A DNA stretch of 50,182 nucleotides from a virus (lineage: Duplodnaviria; Caudoviricetes), in the IMG/VR virus record IMGVR_UViG_3300044615_001189, positions 1-50,182 of that record; one strand, 5' to 3'. Of this stretch, positions 26,374 to 33,843 are shown piece after piece. A program made the translations under genes and the position numbers. Below the pieces are notes generated by a model. That model was not told the DNA's origin. It saw only the letters and a list, made by a program, of their open reading frames with translations, and made no database searches. The first letter of the stretch is position 1; every line of letters begins with the position of its first letter.

Positions 26374-26530
26374 GGTGATCAACCGCTGGGAGATCGGCGA
26401 TGGCGTGATCGAGCAGCTACAGCGGGCAGATGGCCAGCTCTACTACCGCGCCTGCGCGAAGGGCTACTGCCGCTATGCCGAGGATCTGTGGATGGTGGAC
26501 CTGTACCTGAAGCACCTTCAGGCGCGCTGA
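26357..26530 (+). CDS. Hypothetical protein
   Basis: MSSEPEVI...YYRACAKGYCRYAEDLW. Confidence 0.6.
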   Translation: MSSEPEVINRWEIGDGVIEQLQRADGQLYYRACAKGYCRYAEDLWMVDLYLKHLQAR

Positions 26531-26772
26531 GCCAGGAGCTCCGCCGCCCAGGCCCTGTGCTCATCGGTGACGGGGCAGCCCTGGGCTTTCTCCTGCTCGG
26601 CGACCTGGCAGACGAGCTGATGGGAGACCTGGGCCTGGATGGCGGAGAAGCGGAGCAGGTTGACGGCGATGGTGCGGAGCTCGTCGAGGTTGGTGGACGC
26701 CTGGATGTAGCGCACCTGCTTCTCGACTTCGAACTGCTCGGAGAGGGGGAGGTTGAGATCCAGCCAGAACAT
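26518..26772 (-). CDS. NblA-like helix-loop-helix protein (candidate phycobilisome degradation adaptor)
   Basis: LPLSEQFEVEKQVRYIQ...LDELRTIAVNLLR resembles the NblA pattern LSLEQQF...helix-loop-helix. Confidence 0.5.
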   Translation of the reverse strand: MFWLDLNLPLSEQFEVEKQVRYIQASTNLDELRTIAVNLLRFSAIQAQVSHQLVCQVAEQEKAQGCPVTDEHRAWAAELLAQRA

Positions 26773-26796
26773 GGAGGGAGAGGCGTGGGTGCCTGA

Positions 26797-26865
26797 AGCG
26801 TAGAGCGGCGGTGCGTGAAGGATTGTTACAGGTGCTGCAGGATGGCGGGTGACGGTCCGTAGGGT
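26797..26865. promoter_or_regulatory. Divergent promoters sharing one HLR1-like box
   Basis: GTGAAG-GATT-GTTACA at 26815-26830; + strand TAGGGT at 26860; - strand TACGCT at 26802-26797. Confidence 0.6.
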
Positions 26866-26888
26866 GTGCAGGTCAACGGCACTCAACC

Positions 26889-27278
26889 ATGCCTGACCAC
26901 TTCGACGAACCCGCCGGCGAGGCCCGCAAGTCCGCCGAAAGCGCCAGCAAGCCTCGCCTCGATCTGCTGCCGCCGGCGGCGATGGAGGCCATCGCGGAGG
27001 TGCTGACGTTTGGGGCCAACAAGTACGGGGCGAACAACTGGTGCCGTGGTGCCCGCTGGGGCCGCTACTACGCGGCGCTGCTGCGGCACCTGTTCGCCTG
27101 GTGGCGCGGCGAGGACCGCGACCCGGAGACAGGCCTGAGCCACCTGGCCCACGCCGGCTGCTGCCTGGTGTTCCTGATGGAGTACCAGCGCAACAGCTGG
27201 GGATCGGACGATCGGTTCCGGGGCCCCGATGGCGAGCAGTCCCAGAAGGGCGACGGCGCGCCGACCGCTACACTCTGA
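26889..27278 (+). CDS. dATP/dGTP diphosphohydrolase-like (DUF5664) protein
   Basis: KPRLDLLP...FGANKYGANNW...LLRH...GEDRDPETGLSHLAHA. Confidence 0.85.
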   Translation: MPDHFDEPAGEARKSAESASKPRLDLLPPAAMEAIAEVLTFGANKYGANNWCRGARWGRYYAALLRHLFAWWRGEDRDPETGLSHLAHAGCCLVFLMEYQRNSWGSDDRFRGPDGEQSQKGDGAPTATL

Positions 27279-27296
27279 CCGAGAGCCGTGCACACT

Positions 27297-27327
27297 GCCC
27301 GGGGAGGTGAGAGCCCCCGGGCTTTTT
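27297..27327 (+). terminator. Intrinsic terminator
   Basis: GCCCGGGG...CCCCGGGC followed by TTTTT. Confidence 0.7.
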
Positions 27328-27338
27328 GCTGGGCGTGG

Positions 27339-27366
27339 TTGCGGCAACGGCAACGCACCTTAGAAT
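27339..27366 (+). promoter_or_regulatory. Sigma70-like promoter of the HNH gene
   Basis: TTGCGG-16 nt-TAGAAT. Confidence 0.5.
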
Positions 27367-27387
27367 CATGGCAGCCGTTAAAAGCGA

Positions 27388-27741
27388 GTGCCATCCAACA
27401 GTGCCGACTACCAGCGCGCTTATTACGAGCGCAACCGCGAGAAGGTAAAGCGGCAGGCGGCAGCAGCAAACAAGCGCAAGAGAGAGTCTCACCGCCAACG
27501 CATCCGGGAGTACCTGCTGGCGCATCCATGCGTCGACTGCGGCGAGGCAGATCCAGTCGTCCTGGAGTTCGACCACAGGGTGCCAGCCGACAAGAGTTTC
27601 TGCATCAGCTCAAAGGTGAGCGTCACATGGCGCTGGGAGTTGATCGAAGCTGAAATTGCCAAATGCGACGTGCGATGCGCCAACTGCCATCGGCGACGCA
27701 CGTTCGCAGAAAAACACTGGCTTCTGGGGAAGCGGGTCTGA
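27388..27741 (+). CDS. HNH endonuclease
   Basis: CVDCG..DPVVLEFDH...EIAKCDVRCANCHRRRT. Confidence 0.88.
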   Translation: MPSNSADYQRAYYERNREKVKRQAAAANKRKRESHRQRIREYLLAHPCVDCGEADPVVLEFDHRVPADKSFCISSKVSVTWRWELIEAEIAKCDVRCANCHRRRTFAEKHWLLGKRV

Positions 27742-27809
27742 ACCGTTGACCGCCTGTGGTCACCGCGTGGGAACGGCCGCCGTGCAGTAGGCTGCTCACG
27801 GAATGTTCG

Positions 27810-27841
27810 AGCCCCGTAAGCCATTGGCCTGCGGGGCTTTT
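27810..27841. terminator. Hairpin next to attP (replacement terminator 3' of the restored tRNA)
   Basis: AGCCCCGTAAGCC-ATT-GGCCTGCGGGGCT followed by a T run. Confidence 0.6.
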
Positions 27842-27844
27842 CCT

Positions 27845-27890
27845 TGGATGCGGGGGCAGGATTTGAACCTGCGACCTTCAGGTTATGAGC
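27845..27890 (-). mobile_element. attP core = 3' half of a tRNA-Met(CAT), probably the initiator tRNA
   Basis: Reverse complement GCTCATAACCTGAAGGTCGCAGGTTCAAATCCTGCCCCCGCATCCA (anticodon loop, T arm, CCA); no 5' half; about 125 bp upstream of the integrase. Confidence 0.9.
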
Positions 27891-28014
27891 ATGACGCTCG
27901 GGCCTACCGTGGGATCACTGCGCATCCCTGAGCCTTGATTCTCCTGGGACTGGACTACCTGCCGCTCCTCGGGTATCCCTGCCGATCCCGGCAATCTGTG
28001 GGAACGGTGTGGGA

Positions 28015-29172
28015 ATGAAGCTGACCAAGACCGCTGTCGAGCGCGCCCTGCCCCAGGCCCAGCGCTACCGCCTGAACGACACCCTGGTGCCTGGCCTCTG
28101 CCTCCTGGTGCTCCCCTCCGGCCAGCGCACCTACTACCTGCGGCACCGCGTCGACGGGCAGCAGCGGGAGCTGAAGCTGGGCACCCCGGCGGAGCTCTCC
28201 CCCGACCAGGCCCGCGAGCTGGCCCGTGCCGCCCTCGCGCGCGTGCGCGCCGGCGGGGATCCGGGGGCGGAGCGGCGGGCCGCCAGGGAAGCCCCGACGA
28301 TCGAGGCCCTCGCCGCCCGCCACCTCCAGGTGCATGCCAGCCGGAAGCGATCGGGCCGGAACGACGAGATCCTCTGGCGGCGGCACCTGCTGCCGGCCTT
28401 TGCCCGCGTGCGCGTCTCCGCCCTCACCCGCGAACTGGTGCGGGAGTGGCACGCCTGCCACCCGCAGCCGGCGACGGCGAACCGGGCCCTGGAGGTGCTC
28501 GGGGTGGCGATGGGCCTGGCCGAGGACTGGGGGTGGCGGCCGGCCGGAAGCAACCCGGCCCGGGGGGTGAAGGCGCATCCGGAACGCCAGCGCCGCCGGT
28601 ATGCCAGCCAGGAGGAGCTGGCCCGGCTGCGCGCGGCGATGCAGCGATGGGAGGAGGCGGGCCCGCTGGCGGTGCGGTGGAGGTTCATCCAGCTGGTGCG
28701 CCTGCTGCTGCTCACCGGGGCGCGGCTGCGGGAGGTGATGAACGCGCAGTGGTCGGAGATCGACTGGCAGCGTGGGGTGCTGCGGGTGCCGGTGGAGCGG
28801 GGGAAGACGGGGGCGGCGGAGGTGCGGCTGAGCGAGCGCGCGGTGGCGGTGCTGCGCGACCTCCTGGAGGCCCAGGGGGTCGCGGGCGGTGGAGCACCCT
28901 GGGTGATCCCCGGGGAGAGCGGGGAGAAGCCGCTGGTGGGCTACCGAAAGCTGTGGCTGGCGCTGCTCGAGGAGGCGGGTGTGGCCGATCTGCGGGTGCA
29001 TGACCTGCGCCACACCTTCGCGTCCTACAGCCTGAGCGGCGGGCAGACTCTCGGGACGGTGGGCCAGCTCCTGGGGCACCGGAGCACGCAGACCACCAGC
29101 CGGTATGCGCACCTGGTGGACGACGCGGCGCGGGCGGCGGTCGAGCGGGTGAGCGACGATCTGGGGATGTGA
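28015..29172 (+). CDS. int: Tyrosine integrase with N-terminal arm-binding domain
   Basis: TGARLREV, RVHDLRHTFAS, LLGHRSTQTTSRYAH. Confidence 0.95.
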   Translation: MKLTKTAVERALPQAQRYRLNDTLVPGLCLLVLPSGQRTYYLRHRVDGQQRELKLGTPAELSPDQARELARAALARVRAGGDPGAERRAAREAPTIEALAARHLQVHASRKRSGRNDEILWRRHLLPAFARVRVSALTRELVREWHACHPQPATANRALEVLGVAMGLAEDWGWRPAGSNPARGVKAHPERQRRRYASQEELARLRAAMQRWEEAGPLAVRWRFIQLVRLLLLTGARLREVMNAQWSEIDWQRGVLRVPVERGKTGAAEVRLSERAVAVLRDLLEAQGVAGGGAPWVIPGESGEKPLVGYRKLWLALLEEAGVADLRVHDLRHTFASYSLSGGQTLGTVGQLLGHRSTQTTSRYAHLVDDAARAAVERVSDDLGM

Positions 29173-29218
29173 AGAGTTGCTGCTGCCGCGCCGGCGGGGC
29201 CAGGTAAAGCCTTACCGT
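29169..29218 (+). promoter_or_regulatory. Degenerate HLR1-like repeat plus -10 box
   Basis: GTGAAG-AGTT-GCTGCT, 28 nt, TACCGT. Confidence 0.45.
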
Positions 29219-29239
29219 CACGGTGTTTGCTCTCAACCC

Positions 29240-29521
29240 ATGACCGATCGCGCCGCTGAGTTCCGACGCCAGAAGAACCGCGCCTCGATGCAGCGCACCC
29301 GCGCGCGTGCGGCCGGCCTGCTGCCGCCGCTGCCTGTCTGCCCCAGTTGCAAGGCCAGGTGTTTCACTGATCGCTGGTTGCCGCTCTGCTCCCTCTGCGC
29401 CAAGGTCAAGGGCAACGACGCCAGCCGCCAGGCGCGCGGCTCCGCCAGGCCGCTGCGCCTCGCCGCCGAGGAGATCCTGCTGCAGCTGCGCGCCGAGGCC
29501 CGCGAGGAGGCCGGCCGATGA
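29240..29521 (+). CDS. Basic zinc-finger-like protein
   Basis: CPSC...CSLC. Confidence 0.6.
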   Translation: MTDRAAEFRRQKNRASMQRTRARAAGLLPPLPVCPSCKARCFTDRWLPLCSLCAKVKGNDASRQARGSARPLRLAAEEILLQLRAEAREEAGR

Positions 29522-29790
29522 TCCCCTCCACCGCCGACCTGCTGGCACAGCGACACCGCGCCACCGATGGCGCGCTGATGGACTGGGCCGACCTCGCCGC
29601 CCTGGTCGAAGCCCCGGGGAAGATCCCCACCCGGCAGCTTCAGGCGCACTGGCACTGCGGCCGGGGCGGCGTGTGCCGCCGCCTCGCTCGCCTCGCGGCA
29701 TCAGGCCTGCTCGAGTACAGCGCCGGCCGGGGGTACTACGAGATCCACCGCCTGGGGCCTGTTACGAAATGCGACAGCCAGGCGGCCTGA
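29518..29790 (+). CDS. Winged-helix DNA-binding protein
   Basis: TRQLQAHWHCGRGGVCRRLARLAASGLLEY. Confidence 0.6.
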   Translation: MIPSTADLLAQRHRATDGALMDWADLAALVEAPGKIPTRQLQAHWHCGRGGVCRRLARLAASGLLEYSAGRGYYEIHRLGPVTKCDSQAA

Positions 29791-29810
29791 CGCTGGCCGG
29801 TGGATAGGTT
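29761..29810 (+). promoter_or_regulatory. HLR1-like direct repeat plus -10 box
   Basis: GTTACG-AAAT-GCGACA, 28 nt, TAGGTT. Confidence 0.55.
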
Positions 29811-29864
29811 GTTGGGGACGGCAGGCCGAGCGCGCCACCGTCCCACCTCTCATCATTCACCGCC

Positions 29865-30053
29865 ATGTCTCTCACCTGCATCACCGCTTGGGCCCTCGCC
29901 CTGCTGCTTCTGCCCATCCTGTTGCTGGCCTGGGCCACCGAGAGCCGCGAGCAACGCGCACGCCGCTGGCGTCGCGCCGGCATGACCCAGCAGGCCATCG
30001 CCGATCGCCTCGGCTGCTCACGCACCACGGTCCGCCGCATGCTGGCCGCCTAG
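29865..30053 (+). CDS. Small protein: N-terminal membrane anchor plus HTH
   Basis: ALALLLLPILLLAW followed by GMTQQAIADRLGCSRTTVRRML. Confidence 0.7.
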   Translation: MSLTCITAWALALLLLPILLLAWATESREQRARRWRRAGMTQQAIADRLGCSRTTVRRMLAA

Positions 30054-30493
30054 GGGGCCGGCCACAGCTCCCGAGGATCCTTGCCGGTCACCATCATCCG
30101 GGCCAATCGTTCCGCACGCTGGCCCACCTGCTTGGCCCACCTCGAGTCGAGCATCATGGTCGCCGCCTGCTGGTAGTCGCCCGCCTCGATCGTCGCGAGG
30201 GTGCGCTTGAAGTTCAGCAGGCCCACGACGCCCATGTTGAACGCCATGTCGACCAGCACGCGCTGGCGCACCTCGTTCAGCTTCGCCACCCACGGCAGCG
30301 CGCGGAGCACCTCCGTCTCCATCGCGCCGATGTCGTTCGACAGCAGCATGGCGGACTCGTCGCGGGTGATGCCACGGTCCTCCAGGTTGCGGCCGACGCC
30401 GATCGTCAGCTTGCCGGCGGTGCAGCGGTAGGGCTTGAGGCGCTCCCCCTCGTGGAGGCGGAGCTGCCTCACCATCGCCTGGCGGTCGACCAT
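30050..30493 (-). CDS. Lysozyme (GH24/T4-like) endolysin
   Basis: HEGERLKPYRCTAGKLTIGVGRNL, DMAFNMG, DSRWAKQVGQRA. Confidence 0.9.
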   Translation of the reverse strand: MVDRQAMVRQLRLHEGERLKPYRCTAGKLTIGVGRNLEDRGITRDESAMLLSNDIGAMETEVLRALPWVAKLNEVRQRVLVDMAFNMGVVGLLNFKRTLATIEAGDYQQAATMMLDSRWAKQVGQRAERLARMMVTGKDPRELWPAP

Positions 30494-30654
30494 CAGCGAC
30501 GGCCGGACCGGAAGGGGAAGGCCTGCTGGGCGGCCCTGAGGATCAGCTGCAGCACGCTGTTGCTCTTCAGGCTGCTCATGCCGATGATCTCGCTGGCGAC
30601 GAACAGCGCCAGGCCGATGTACTGGGTGTAGTGGGGATCCACGATCGTTTCCAT
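30493..30654 (-). CDS. Small holin-like membrane protein (53 aa, absent from the ORF track)
   Basis: METIVDPHYTQYIGLALFVASEIIGMSSLKSNSVLQLIL...; TGATG-coupled to the lysozyme. Confidence 0.65.
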   Translation of the reverse strand: METIVDPHYTQYIGLALFVASEIIGMSSLKSNSVLQLILRAAQQAFPFRSGRR

Positions 30655-30670
30655 GATGATCGCCTCCAGG

Positions 30671-31216
30671 TTAGACGTAGTGCAGGTAGGTGCTCAGGAT
30701 CCACTTCGAGCCTGAGACAGGCGGGCGGCCGGCGTGAAGCCAGGGCCAGAGGGGCGGGAAGAGGACGGCGGTGCCGGCCCGCGGCTGGATGGTCTGCCCC
30801 CAGCCGGGGAACTCCGTCGCGCCGCCTTCCTCCACGTCGTTGAGGTAGATCAGGGCCGCGAGGAACCGCCGGGCGCTGGCGTGGTCGCCCACGTCCACGT
30901 GCTCCGGGAACTGGTCGTCGCCGCCGGGGCGGTAGCGCTTGATCCGCAGCTCCTCGAACGCCAGATCGGCGGGCCACTGTGCGGGGCTGATCTGTAGGTC
31001 GCGGCTGTAGAGCTCGAACAGCGGCAAGATCGCCTCGAACGCCTGCTCGTGGCCCTGCTGCCAAGACTGGGTGAGGTTGAGCTCGGTGAAGCGCGGCGCG
31101 GCCGGGTCAGCCTCGGCGCGGCCCACGTGCTCCGCCTCCAGGGCCTCGAAGCCGGTGATCAGCTGGCGGCACAGCACGGCCGGCAGCGCCCTGGGGTAGA
31201 CGCGGATCAGGTCCAT
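30671..31216 (-). CDS. 2OG-Fe(II) oxygenase (prolyl-hydroxylase-like)
   Basis: HVD...LIYLNDVEEGGATEF...WLHAG...KWILSTY. Confidence 0.88.
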   Translation of the reverse strand: MDLIRVYPRALPAVLCRQLITGFEALEAEHVGRAEADPAAPRFTELNLTQSWQQGHEQAFEAILPLFELYSRDLQISPAQWPADLAFEELRIKRYRPGGDDQFPEHVDVGDHASARRFLAALIYLNDVEEGGATEFPGWGQTIQPRAGTAVLFPPLWPWLHAGRPPVSGSKWILSTYLHYV

Positions 31217-31923
31217 CAGGCTGCCGCCTTCGCGATGATCGCCCAGCCGGTGCCGGGCCCCTCCACCATCCACCGTGGCCCGAGGTTCCGCTTCGAGTAC
31301 CGCAGCCGTGGGCCCCAGTTGTTGATGTAGCCGCCGTTCACCAGGTCGAGATCGCCGAAGGGATCGTGGACGATCAGCGCGGTGTCGGTGTAGCCGATGA
31401 CGCAGATCCAGTGGCCGCCGCCGACCGGCCGGCCGACAGGCCCACGGTGAAGGATGCCGATCGGGACCGGGAAGCCGGCGTCGATCTGCCGCTGGATCGT
31501 CAGCCAGTCCGCGCCATGGCTGAGGCTGGCGTTGACGCCGAACGACTGGAGCGCCTTGAGCTGGCTCACGCTGTCGGTGGTGTCGCCGTAGCGCAGCACC
31601 CGGCCGAGGTAGGCATCATCGCCGTTGGGGCCCTGGAGCGTGCCCGGGCGGATCGCCTCGAGGAGCATCGCGCAAGAGCTGGAGAAGCACATGCGCAGCG
31701 CGTGCGCCGTCTGGCTGTCGCGCTGGCTGTAGTAGGGGACGCGGAGGGGGTTGGTGATCTCGCGGGTGGTCTGCTGCAGGCCCGCTGCCTTCCAGGTCTC
31801 GTACCAGGCCGCGTCGTCCTTCTTCAGGCTGGCGGGCACAGTCTCCCAGAGTTGCTGCACCGCCGCCCGCTGGTGAAGGAGGTCCTTCCAGTGCTCGAAG
31901 AAGGGGATGATGTCGTCGATCAT
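31216..31923 (-). CDS. Peptidase C39-like protein (putative lysin)
   Basis: VPYYSQRD, CFSSSCAM, GGGHW, HDPFG. Confidence 0.85.
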   Translation of the reverse strand: MIDDIIPFFEHWKDLLHQRAAVQQLWETVPASLKKDDAAWYETWKAAGLQQTTREITNPLRVPYYSQRDSQTAHALRMCFSSSCAMLLEAIRPGTLQGPNGDDAYLGRVLRYGDTTDSVSQLKALQSFGVNASLSHGADWLTIQRQIDAGFPVPIGILHRGPVGRPVGGGHWICVIGYTDTALIVHDPFGDLDLVNGGYINNWGPRLRYSKRNLGPRWMVEGPGTGWAIIAKAAA

Positions 31924-32183
31924 CTGGGGTGCTCGACGCGGGCTGGCCCGAACTCTAGGCGGGGGGCGGCCATCGTCACCAGGATGGGCATGATGATGCT
32001 GATCACCACGGCAAGGATCACGCCCTGGGCTATGCGCTGCTCGGCCTTGTTCAAGCGGCGGAACGCCTCGGCGATGTCGGATTGGCTTGTCTGCACGGTC
32101 AGGAGCATCCCCTCGATCTTGCCCTCCAGCTTGCCGATGGCGCGAAGGATGTCGCCATGGCTGACGTCGTGCTGCTCGGGCAT
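31920..32183 (-). CDS. Coiled-coil plus C-terminal TM protein (holin/XhlA-like)
   Basis: IGKLEGKIE coiled coil; GVILAVVISIIMPILV; alternative start at 32201. Confidence 0.6.
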   Translation of the reverse strand: MPEQHDVSHGDILRAIGKLEGKIEGMLLTVQTSQSDIAEAFRRLNKAEQRIAQGVILAVVISIIMPILVTMAAPRLEFGPARVEHPR

Positions 32184-32209
32184 GGGAAGGCCGTCCATCA
32201 TGGGGGAGT

Positions 32210-33637
32210 CTATTTCAGCCGCCAGTACTCCGGACTGCGGCCGTAGTAGCTGGCGTAGCTGCCGGGCGACGCGACCCAGGAGAAGGTGCCACGGCTGGAG
32301 CTGTTGCTGATGATCGAACCATCGTTCTGCACGATGCCGATGTGGGGATAGGGAGGGCTGCCGTTGTCGCGCATGATCGCGATGGCACCAGGCTCAGGGC
32401 CTGAGAGGAGAGTGCCGCCGCCGGCGGCGAGCGCCGCCCGGGCGTTGGGCACGTAGTTGCTGCTGCCCCAGGGCGGCGTGATGCCGGCGTTCCTGAGTAC
32501 CTTGTTCACGGCGTAGACGCAAGCGTTGTTGCCGCCGTCGGGGCCGCCACGGGTGTTGATTCCGCGCGCGCGGGAGGCGGCACTGGACAGCGCTGCAGCC
32601 TTGCGGGTTGGCGGGAGGCCGTCGTTCGCGCCGCGGCCCGTCGCCCACCCGTCGTTCTCGTCGCCCTGCGTGCCGCACTCGATCGAGCTGGTGTAGCCGC
32701 CGCTGCCCGACAGGTCGTGAGTGACGGACTTCACGTTCCAGGTGCCGTCCACCTCCGGGCGGAAGCCCTGCAGGGTGATGAGCCCCTCGGCGTTCAGCTC
32801 CGGCCGGCCCGGCATCGTGATCGACACCCGCACCTCGCCGGCGCGGAGGGACTGGAGGCGGCTGTCGGCGGCCTTCTGCGCCTCCGCCTGGGAGGGGTAG
32901 AGCTGGCGCTCCTCGAACGCCGGCAGGCCTCCGGCATCCGCCCCGGCCGAGAGGGTCTTCTCCTTCTGGGTGGTGCGATCGAGGTAGCGGGCGTTGACCT
33001 TGCCGTAGGCACCCCGGTTCTTCAGGTTCGCCCGCCAGGTGGTCACGTCGGTGGGCTTGAGGGTGATCGTCGCGCCGGCCTGCCCCTCGCCCCGTGGCAC
33101 CAGCACCAGCTTGCCGTCGGCGGGCTTGATGGTCGCCTTGTACTTCTCCGCCAGGCGGGTGAGGAAGGCCTGGTCGCTCTCGTTGGTCTGGTCCTCGTGC
33201 TTGATCTGCGTGCTGGCCAGGCTGCCCTTGATCACCACCTGGAGGCCGTTGCGCTTCCCGATCTCCTGCGCCACCGCGCCGAGTGTCTTGCCGTGCCAGC
33301 TCTGGGACCGCTGCTCCTTCACCAGCTCCGGCGCGGTCTGGGCGGCGGTGGCCTTGATCACCATGCTCCGGGGCCCGCCGGAGAGGTCGATGTCATCGAC
33401 CGCGAAGGAGCCCATGTAGACCGGCAGCTTGCCGCCGGTGCTGTAGCCCAGCCAGACCTTCAGCCATGCGCCGCTGCGGGGCACCGGAACCTGGCTGGCG
33501 CGATCGTCGAGGGTGATCTCCAGGCTGTCGCTCGTCTGCCCCGCCTCGTCGGTGATCCGCAGCGACACCAGCCGATCCGCCACCGCGCGGGTGACGTCAT
33601 CGCCATCGGCCACGATGCGGAAGGCTGGGGTGGTCAT
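32210..33637 (-). CDS. P2 gpD-like baseplate hub fused to a C-terminal CHAP/NlpC-like amidase
   Basis: ITDEAGQTSDSLEI, DQTNESDQAFLTRLA; C-terminal NACVYAV...PHIGIV...ISNSS. Confidence 0.85.
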   Translation of the reverse strand: MTTPAFRIVADGDDVTRAVADRLVSLRITDEAGQTSDSLEITLDDRASQVPVPRSGAWLKVWLGYSTGGKLPVYMGSFAVDDIDLSGGPRSMVIKATAAQTAPELVKEQRSQSWHGKTLGAVAQEIGKRNGLQVVIKGSLASTQIKHEDQTNESDQAFLTRLAEKYKATIKPADGKLVLVPRGEGQAGATITLKPTDVTTWRANLKNRGAYGKVNARYLDRTTQKEKTLSAGADAGGLPAFEERQLYPSQAEAQKAADSRLQSLRAGEVRVSITMPGRPELNAEGLITLQGFRPEVDGTWNVKSVTHDLSGSGGYTSSIECGTQGDENDGWATGRGANDGLPPTRKAAALSSAASRARGINTRGGPDGGNNACVYAVNKVLRNAGITPPWGSSNYVPNARAALAAGGGTLLSGPEPGAIAIMRDNGSPPYPHIGIVQNDGSIISNSSSRGTFSWVASPGSYASYYGRSPEYWRLK

Positions 33638-33843
33638 GTGCTCCAGATGCGCAGCGTCTCGGTCGCCTGCGGCTGCGGCAGATCCGGGAGCTCGAGGACG
33701 AGGCCCTGCGGCAGGATCGGCAGCAGGTCCGCCAGGTCGCGGTTCACCGCCATCACCGCCTCGACGGTGCCCTGCGTGCGGCCGTAGAAGCGGTGGCAGA
33801 TGGCGTCCAGCTCATCGAACTGGCGGGTGATGTACTGGGTCAT
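33634..33843 (-). CDS. Tail protein X (P2 gpX-like)
   Basis: YITRQFDELDAICHRFYG...LPQGLVLELPD...RIWS. Confidence 0.9.
   Translation of the reverse strand: MTQYITRQFDELDAICHRFYGRTQGTVEAVMAVNRDLADLLPILPQGLVLELPDLPQPQATETLRIWST

Noticed and set aside
27845-27910. Full-length tRNA-Met gene
   Set aside because: Only the anticodon loop through CCA is present; the D arm and 5' acceptor strand are missing, so this is an attP core.
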